From Calditrichaceae bacterium (GTDB taxonomy: Bacteria; Calditrichota; Calditrichia; Calditrichales; JBFXGD01), in contig JBFXGD010000047.1 of NCBI GenBank assembly GCA_050178385.1, forward strand, positions 1-21,936: a stretch of DNA of 21,936 nucleotides, read 5' to 3'. Both the position numbers and the translations under genes were made by a program. The number at the start of each line of letters is the position of its first letter. Within the stretch, counting starts at the first letter, position 1. Positions 18,301-21,936 of this stretch are shown here, piece after piece. The notes beneath the pieces are model-generated. The model did not search any database, had not been told where the DNA came from, and was given only the letters and a program-made list of their open reading frames with translations.

Positions 18301-21300
18301 TCTTAACATAGGAGACAGCCCCCGGGTTGACCGTGATCAATCCGGCATTGTCATAAACCGATGTGTTGGAAACCGCCGTAGCTCTTACACTTCCGGTACC
18401 ACTTAATGTTGCTTCAATATGCAGACTGTCTGTAGGATTTGCCGGTGAAATGGCAGAGATTGCGCCGCTGCGTGTCCAGTTTGATGAAACACGCCCTCTA
18501 TAGTTTCCATCCGCGTCGTAACCGACGGCATAGACATCTATAAAGTCATCGGCCGTAATGGTTGAATCACCTAATTCCGTTCCGTCATCAAGATCGTCTA
18601 TCTGCACCCGCAGCTCTGCCAGACTGCCGGGATTAACCGTAATGATTCCTGATGTATCCGCATCTACGGTCGGATATGTTGAATGTGTGGCCACAATCTG
18701 ACCGGTTACACCTGCAAGAACCGGGTTGAAGGCAAATTTCGAACCTGTGGAAGTCACCGGATCAAGACCGCCGAGACTTGTCCAGTTAACCACAACATCT
18801 GATCGATAGTTATCATATTGATCATAACCCGCTGAGAAGAAATTGACAAGATTATCTGCCGTAAAAGTGGAATCAGCAAATTCAACGCCGCCGTTATTGG
18901 CTTCGGTGCGCACCAGGACATAATTTAAGGCCGCCGGATTTACGGTAATAAGACCGCTTTCTCCCTTAACGTCTGTACTGGTTGATTTGACCGCCCGAAC
19001 AGTAAAGCTGCCTTTTTTTGTCTCACTTACGCTAAAGGCCAGTGTGCTGCTGGAACTAAAGACAAACGGCCCGCCTGCAAATACTGCTGTCGCGCTGCCC
19101 ACCGCACTCAATGTCACCTGATCACTGTTTACGACTTCATTACCGTTCTGATCGCGGGCAGTGAGTGTAAATGCTACGTTTCCGCCGGCAGTTATTGTAT
19201 TATCTCCCGAAGGTGTAAAGGTATAATAGCTGACTTTACCCGCCTTTAACGGCAGAATGATGGTATCAAGGATTCCACCGAATGAAACCTCAACACTGTC
19301 CCTCAAATAATACAGTGAATCGCTGGCTGTGTAGCGGGCTTCTGCTATTCCACCGGCATCGGTATCATCATTAATGTTGTCCAGTCCGTTGCTGAACAAT
19401 CCATTGCCGTTAAATCTTCTAAAAGTGACTGTCTGCAAAGCGGGCAAACGGTTATTATAAACATCTTCCAGACCAACCTGCAGGAGACGTTCGGTATCCG
19501 TTGTAATTGCATCCTGACTGGAAATGATGACAAAATGATCCGCCGCGGCAGCGTTTACCGTAATAAGTCCGCTCTCCCCCTTAATTTCGGTATTTATTGT
19601 TTTAGCCGCTCGTACTATAAAACTGCCTTTTGTATCATCGCTTACGCTGAAATTAAGCGTACTGCTGTTACTGAACTGGAATGGGCCGCCGGAAAATACT
19701 GCTGTTGCGCTGCCTGGTGCCGATAATGTTATCTGATCATTATTGATAACCGGATTTCCAAACTGATCGCGTGCCGTCAGTGTGAAACCAACGCTTCCGC
19801 CCGCAGTTATTGAATTGTTCCCTGAAGGTGTAAAGGTATAGTAGCTCACATTGCCGGCTTTTAATGGCAGCACGATCGTGTCCTTAACACCGCCAAAAAC
19901 GACTTCGACGCTGTCCCGCACATAGGTCAGGGAATCGCTGACAGTATATAACGCAGACGCGATCCCGTTATTATCCGTTGTTTTTGAGATCACATCTGAA
20001 CCATTGCCGAATAGGCCGTTTCCATGCAGCCGGTTAAAAGTGACTGATTGTCCGGATGAAACACGATTATTAAAGGCATCTTCCAATGCGACTTCGAGTA
20101 AGCGTGACGTTCCGACTTTAATAGAATCCTGACTGGAGATAATTATAAAATGATCTCCGGTTGCCGGATTCACCGTGGCGTTAAAATTAACGTCTGTTAA
20201 TCCGGGGCTTGACGCTGTCAGTAAATCGGCTCCCGCTGTCGATTGCAATGTCCATGTAACAGAATCCAGACCGCTTGCATTAGTGGTCAAACCGGTATGG
20301 TTTACTGAACCATCCGCAGCCGCTGCCCAGTTGATAATCGCTCCCTGGACAGGATTATCATAAGCATCAACGGCCCGTATCTTGTTTGATAACGCAAGAG
20401 CGCTCCCCGCAGTGCCAGTCTGATTATTTCCAGATACAATTACTAACCGATCCGCTACATCCGCCGTTGCGCTGACTGTAAAACTGACTGGACTGTTTAG
20501 CAACTGACTGTTATAGGCCGCGATCACATAATCGCCGACCTTTGTACCAAGAGTAAAGGTCGTTCTGACAAAACCACCCGCGTCTGAAGCGGCAGAAACC
20601 GGATTGATTATGAAATCATGGCCGCCGTCTGCTGGATGAGACGTTAAGGAAAATGTTACTGATACACCGCTGACGGGATTTCCCAAACTGTCGATAACCT
20701 GTACGGTTAACTGCTGGGATAATTCCTGACCGACAATATCGGTCTGTCCACCGCCGGCAAAATATTTTAAACTGTCTGCTGTTGATGTCAGAGTATTGGC
20801 GTAAAACTCAATCGGGGTTCCGATACCGGTAATTTGCGCCCTTGCTGTATCTGTCCCAACAGTTGTCATTAAATGCCATTTGCTTCTTGAGATTCCCTGA
20901 CTGTCAGTGACATCATTAACAGGATTCAACGAACCGTCCGAAGGAGTTGACCAGGTTACCACCGCTGACGGAACCAGGTTTCCATACGCATCTGTAACCA
21001 TCACCCCAAGAGAATCTGATATAAAATCATTTACTTTTCCACTTACAGTTTCCGGTGAGATTCTCGCGGCCGAAAAAGCATCGCCTGCCCTTACTTTTAT
21101 TACTCCGGAATAATCGTTCAATGCACCCCGGGATATTTTAATCTGAGACGTGTTAACCGTAGTAAAAGTAATATTATTACTTGTAGATGAATCCGTCTGA
21201 CTAAAAACTCCTATCGAATCTCCATCCACACTCCATGCAACTGTTTGATCGCCAAGGTAATTTTCGTAACTATCGTATCCGGCTGCAAAAAGATCTAAAT

Positions 21301-21936
21301 TGTCTCCCGCCTTTCCCGAATAATTTCCAAGCTCTGATCCACCGTTATTTGCCGCTGTTCTTATTTTTAAACTTTTTAACGCACCTGACTGGACAGTGAT
21401 GGTACCTGTGGCATCATTAGTCCATCCGTTAATATTAGTAACATTAACCTCGCCGGATCCTGCTGTAAACGGAGTTAATGTGGTAGAAGATGTACTGATA
21501 CTGTCTCCGAGACCATCCAATGTACCTGTCGCATGCCAGTCAACGGCTACATCAGCACTAAAATTATTTTCACTGTCATATCCCGCCGCATATAGATAAA
21601 GTGTTTGGCCAACGGTTAAATTAACCGCACCGATTTCGTTGCCGTTATTATTCGCGGCATCTCTTATTTTTACATAGCTCACCGCGCCTTCACTTACCGT
21701 GATCACACCCGTCGCGTCACTAAACGCTCCAAACGTCGCTTCGATTGTTCCGGAGGTGGGCGCCGTCGTTGGGTTAAAAGTAAAACTTGTCGTACCCGCG
21801 CTGCTGGCCGCGTCAAGACTACCCGTCGTTGTCCAGTCAGCTAGCTGATCCCCTATATAATTACCGTCTGCATCATAACCCGCCGCGTAATAGGTTAAAC
21901 TCCCGTCTGTCGTCACACTCTCTGTTGTCACGATGT
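9032..21936 (-). CDS. Giant Ig-like repeat cell-surface protein/adhesin with a T9SS/FlgD-Ig-type C-terminal domain (5' end outside window)
   Basis: The frame stays open past the track's GTG at 21931 to the window edge, and translation begins mid-repeat with no signal peptide. The protein is S/T/V/G-rich beta sequence with Big_1-like units (SGNNQTG...V.V.D.yGNPV.G..V.F/W) and CARDB-like units (VSQGQ...V.V.N.G). It ends in NYPNPF...IRIFTLLGELV...WNGKNDRG..VLNGVY...KIAYIK. Confidence 0.92.
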   Translation of the reverse strand, partial: IVTTESVTTDGSLTYYAAGYDADGNYIGDQLADWTTTGSLDAASSAGTTSFTFNPTTAPTSGTIEATFGAFSDATGVITVSEGAVSYVKIRDAANNNGNEIGAVNLTVGQTLYLYAAGYDSENNFSADVAVDWHATGTLDGLGDSISTSSTTLTPFTAGSGEVNVTNINGWTNDATGTITVQSGALKSLKIRTAANNGGSELGNYSGKAGDNLDLFAAGYDSYENYLGDQTVAWSVDGDSIGVFSQTDSSTSNNITFTTVNTSQIKISRGALNDYSGVIKVRAGDAFSAARISPETVSGKVNDFISDSLGVMVTDAYGNLVPSAVVTWSTPSDGSLNPVNDVTDSQGISRSKWHLMTTVGTDTARAQITGIGTPIEFYANTLTSTADSLKYFAGGGQTDIVGQELSQQLTVQVIDSLGNPVSGVSVTFSLTSHPADGGHDFIINPVSAASDAGGFVRTTFTLGTKVGDYVIAAYNSQLLNSPVSFTVSATADVADRLVIVSGNNQTGTAGSALALSNKIRAVDAYDNPVQGAIINWAAAADGSVNHTGLTTNASGLDSVTWTLQSTAGADLLTASSPGLTDVNFNATVNPATGDHFIIISSQDSIKVGTSRLLEVALEDAFNNRVSSGQSVTFNRLHGNGLFGNGSDVISKTTDNNGIASALYTVSDSLTYVRDSVEVVFGGVKDTIVLPLKAGNVSYYTFTPSGNNSITAGGSVGFTLTARDQFGNPVINNDQITLSAPGSATAVFSGGPFQFSNSSTLNFSVSDDTKGSFIVRAAKTINTEIKGESGLITVNAAAADHFVIISSQDAITTDTERLLQVGLEDVYNNRLPALQTVTFRRFNGNGLFSNGLDNINDDTDAGGIAEARYTASDSLYYLRDSVEVSFGGILDTIILPLKAGKVSYYTFTPSGDNTITAGGNVAFTLTARDQNGNEVVNSDQVTLSAVGSATAVFAGGPFVFSSSSTLAFSVSETKKGSFTVRAVKSTSTDVKGESGLITVNPAALNYVLVRTEANNGGVEFADSTFTADNLVNFFSAGYDQYDNYRSDVVVNWTSLGGLDPVTSTGSKFAFNPVLAGVTGQIVATHSTYPTVDADTSGIITVNPGSLAELRVQIDDLDDGTELGDSTITADDFIDVYAVGYDADGNYRGRVSSNWTRSGAISAISPANPTDSLHIEATLSGTGSVRATAVSNTSVYDNAGLITVNPGAVSYVKIRTESNNGGIEIGDSTLAVGQVLSLYSAGYDSDNNFSQNAPVNWNVTGGLTGLGNSTNVYVTTLTPTSPGSGAVQVTNSNGWTNDATGTITVQTGELASIRIQTTAGAGGTELGAYTAAAGGSLDLYAAGYDVKGNYISPANVSWTVDGDSIGAFTQTDSAATNTINFTVANSSQIKITRGSLNDYSGIIKVRSGAAFAITKITPDTVSGRVSDFISDSLGIRVVDAYNNLVPAASVTWSTNSDGVLNPVSDATDTQGVSRSKWRLKTTVGLDSASAAVAGIATPVIFYANALSSSANTLVYVSGDSLTGTVQDTLAQPFVVRVEDNFGNPVAGVSVTFSVTDHPVNAEHNFNFTQESGLSDAYGNVQTFFQLGSMTGEYQVSAFNSQLNNSPIKFTAFAVPDTAAQILIVSGNNQTGTVGQPLVQYLKVRSVDAYNNPVQGVTINWTPSLDGGVDHSGLVTNASGLDSVIWTLRTVSGNDTLTVDSPGKTPVIFNALVNADVANTIVAYSGNNRTSIAGGNQQIVAQVQDQFGNMVKDQTVQFIPTQYISNLTDKSDENGLAHSLYTSPKKADSSFAKAYITGLIDTAAFKIYGIRYVSNSLEPKVVMPGDTTTFYVKVSNPGIDIVPLDTSLSSFIINDTDYSITAKLDSPLALPPRSPENLLKFKPAIINGGFLSGKYTPEIHLVGREDYSGMNGTLSTDAVELSIEPLRIVSVTVLDPASKIVRKSDTINMIQMRIRNTSMYTIRDLSADLTFTPDYGFSEVQLSGPDSLLSDSDGIFEFSLNIPSGATPDTIIVDGTVMGRYSGTGDLISDTESSQTDQFIIANAAVLTFADYTPKTVSAGQNVQFAAQVKNDGVYDVLLNKTSTSFEFGGQKFNLTTNQALAGGGSTTTLNFTATNLTIPGDAKYEGLLVLNGTENGAAFNDSLTAADSLVVQNPAVLQINSVIASGTDISQGVDTLLTIDVTNTGQALLRIDSLVVIPYGVPVSIAPGLPNTLTGGETRPFDVRVTVPTGPDTGLVTIDARGKGIDINSGSEITTASAVATDSWNVYTPPVISITQIAHVNPADSLVSQGQSKIPVSVTIRNSGGTPVSINNLNLIAEIGLYTNEWPAFPIPLAGHSEITITDSVSVQTNSATGHDTLYASIKYQNNFSGKSSSLTSASFMAWEVTGKPLVEIISVSAVKDFVSQGQTSVNVSVRVKNVGTSPARVETLALQYQNGNENYVFNPVSPILPRTIDSGLSQVFTVPVDINFDAQTGPDTMYASINLTELLSQQNFDITDTTVTDTWQVQLRPQVVIDSVTVAPQLVSTNQSNLRAAIYMSNAAGPYRADAQVDSVRLKLMTSGAVERNDLFTISRNSSPSIPLILKPGSSTRFDFNLATLGGTLSDIYSVDGYTGTRDVNDGMLTIQDGAVIAGSLTVEQQALLAVNSVAVLPDTVSQGQTHARLSISVSNSGEADAVINSNQLSVSPPINLGPVLISHSTPFNLSGGLTDTLIYSLVIPSGYTGTVGVNNTISGKESNSGADLSASSGSPGQFFIETPAALSVFETIPNASPGDTTIQFRLKVVNRGEATVELDSNLTSIEIQGTSYLINLAGTSPQTIKAFPDTTELVFRSTLITAIQSQEYPLRLHVRGASNKAAYQSDHDAGIFAYGAGLISITSIGIVGDNRVIPGQTGIQVIMTVSNSGIPLQIDPAGTTLIMKSATDGSIRNVNNLNRTDTLTVLKTSSNNRLIFVFDLPDPFPLGQTNIFGQISLDNGNLVKESSTFEDMIVLSKANISYVLGSMNPDTLVRRQTNSFAFTFYNAGSADLALDPDSSYMEILSSPISRKYLAGKFTLGGLDSTEILFNSLTVPVTMDTVIYNVKWRLKGTLLNGSDYEKEETIFGVLKIIPEARLIFTQINILPETVRQGQNDIAIDYTLANLGKSSAAISKIDHIFNAGAADVSTQWLPSTFNLFPDTLMAGQSRTYSINYNLSQSATTGIVKPRPIVSYRDLRTSTFTDTSKTVIFMDSVLVIRPAIVGIDSLKIIKDVLAPNAPYVNQNESFNLRLRLVNNGADTIRTAYVSLSRDDNFLQQLVMTDIAPFNYKTMVYNSPGLAIDGSTVYKVKIDSAIDLTGSLVTIQQPVDNLETVLVQTASRLALNAAIISPVGAVDGIISVGTKFKVRADVSRVSGVSSYGSGKMTMSLPDTIHYKFDSDISEKTFTQSQAYAEWNLEALSVSTGGIFDSLRIQMNEIPIDLNTGRDVTTVKTIDTVLVRTDEAGIVTALISIASPDGARDSVISTGQEFVLHTEISFNQSVRDTGRVAQILLPSGFSVKTSSIKDLPATSTAVVDWEIVATGSPTPGTVNISVRIIGYDKNSGQLVETTSNLLPVQVVLKSSLVLGLKIVEPAGATDDTVSVGQTLKLEGLVTLQPGTAAISGTGKTSILLSPEFTLIDPDTQKTFTVGTPFYWWVRVDGASTKSAASMAELKSILNGINSKNSSPGQETGDIEQLDGRISGTDLQKVVKDALIVAAAAKESYQITVKVDSIPLDVNTQKPATINETQTKTIYTEEGATLSIVSTESPDTVSTGQTFIYRVTGQISSNLANPVAYLLMPEKFGGAVIARSLDINNQATWDIAVPADYTGTGKDTIAVFLTGIDRNSGEVTDPTSLVANPLTVQKRPKLSLKHTLISPVSSQAGLLSFGQEVIVELWAEYAENTSGIGYADVQGSGAISLDSALIIQNGFTLVEGETYKKTFTQLGQKLVWRIKAPLSERTVSINFNFTGLPSDKNSGLSAEIDVMTGLVSLPVRVRQKNITVLMLNDLIVDRSFLRGMTDRAILAFSISNQGYEDNLNVNAVEIGLYSTFGLPTADNLLNQLAIANMMKSLKVVNYDQYKTGLTKNTAVQRPKIFAEYQLDESSDNPVWMDFSLVDTLEAGAVDTIIVLAELQTEAENRSFRTVLKHVNAYDVDPSVPLAIKDAQGVDINESQSYTSEAFTVISSNPEEAFRNYPNPFGRNEEFTTIVFQLDHDSDVEIRIFTLLGELVWTKILPNQIAGLHYDDVRWNGKNDRGYVVLNGVYLCAIDIKPKSGGSRQTFITKIAYIK
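16800..18322 (-). repeat. Five-domain block, copy 2
   Basis: Runs GAVSYVKIR...GWTNDATGTITVQTG...WTVDGDSIG...LNDYSGIIKVRSG...DFISDSLG...QGVSRSKW...SGNNQTGT...GLDSVIWTL. Confidence 0.9.
18926..20155 (-). repeat. Tandem duplication of a two-domain unit (615 nt / 205 aa period)
   Basis: DHFIIISSQD...RDSVEV.FGG..DTIVLPLKAGNVSYYTFTPSG...FTLTARDQ...KGESGLITVN (19541-20155) is repeated as DHFVIISSQD...DTIILPLKAGKVSYYTFTPSG...FTLTARDQ...KGESGLITVN (18926-19540). Confidence 0.92.
20165..21688 (-). repeat. Five-domain block, copy 1 (~510 aa) of an internal duplication in the giant gene
   Basis: Runs GAVSYVKIR...GWTNDATGTITVQSG...WSVDGDSIG...LNDYSGVIKVRAG...DFISDSLG...QGISRSKW...SGNNQTGT...GLDSVTWTL, colinear with copy 2 about 3366 nt away. 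Confidence 0.9.

Noticed and set aside
547..21599. Numerous short ORFs (60-145 aa) on the plus strand and in alternative minus frames
   Set aside because: All are nested within long, motif-supported minus-strand genes and show no recognisable motifs. They are typical antisense or shadow frames.
21929..21931. GTG at 21931 as the true start of the giant protein
   Set aside because: The frame is open to the window edge, the sequence begins mid-repeat, and there is no signal peptide.
1..21936. CRISPR arrays, tRNA/rRNA genes, DGR template repeats, toxin domains in the giant protein
   Set aside because: The window is almost entirely coding, with intergenic gaps of about 60 nt or less. I saw no spaced direct repeats, RNA gene signatures, reverse transcriptase, RHS/RTX motifs or toxin tip.

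Overview
All real genes lie on the minus strand, in two apparent transcription units, from a Gram-negative FCB-group bacterium (Calditrichota/KSB1-like by inference from the NYPNPF-type C-terminal domain, PorV-family gene, DUF4159 and AGGAGG RBS). Unit 1, read right to left: (i) a giant (>4300 aa, 5' end outside the window) Ig-repeat surface protein with a T9SS/FlgD-Ig-like C-terminal sorting domain; (ii) a PorV-family outer-membrane beta-barrel fused to TPRs; (iii) a 1138-aa membrane sensor joining an RsbW-type Ser kinase, a periplasmic domain, HAMP, a SpoIIE/PP2C phosphatase, an IS481-transposase-like double HTH and a degenerate Hpt-like bundle; (iv) a STAS anti-anti-sigma factor with a paralogous HTH tail; (v) a DUF456 membrane protein, followed by an intrinsic terminator. 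Unit 2: DUF4159 and a DUF4175-like membrane protein that runs off the left edge and is missing from the ORF track. The best candidate for a novel system is a partner-switching module with no sigma gene in the window, whose two components share a transposase-like HTH domain, encoded together with a giant adhesin and its own PorV-TPR barrel. This suggests trans-envelope surface sensing. All family calls are from motif recognition; no searches were run.
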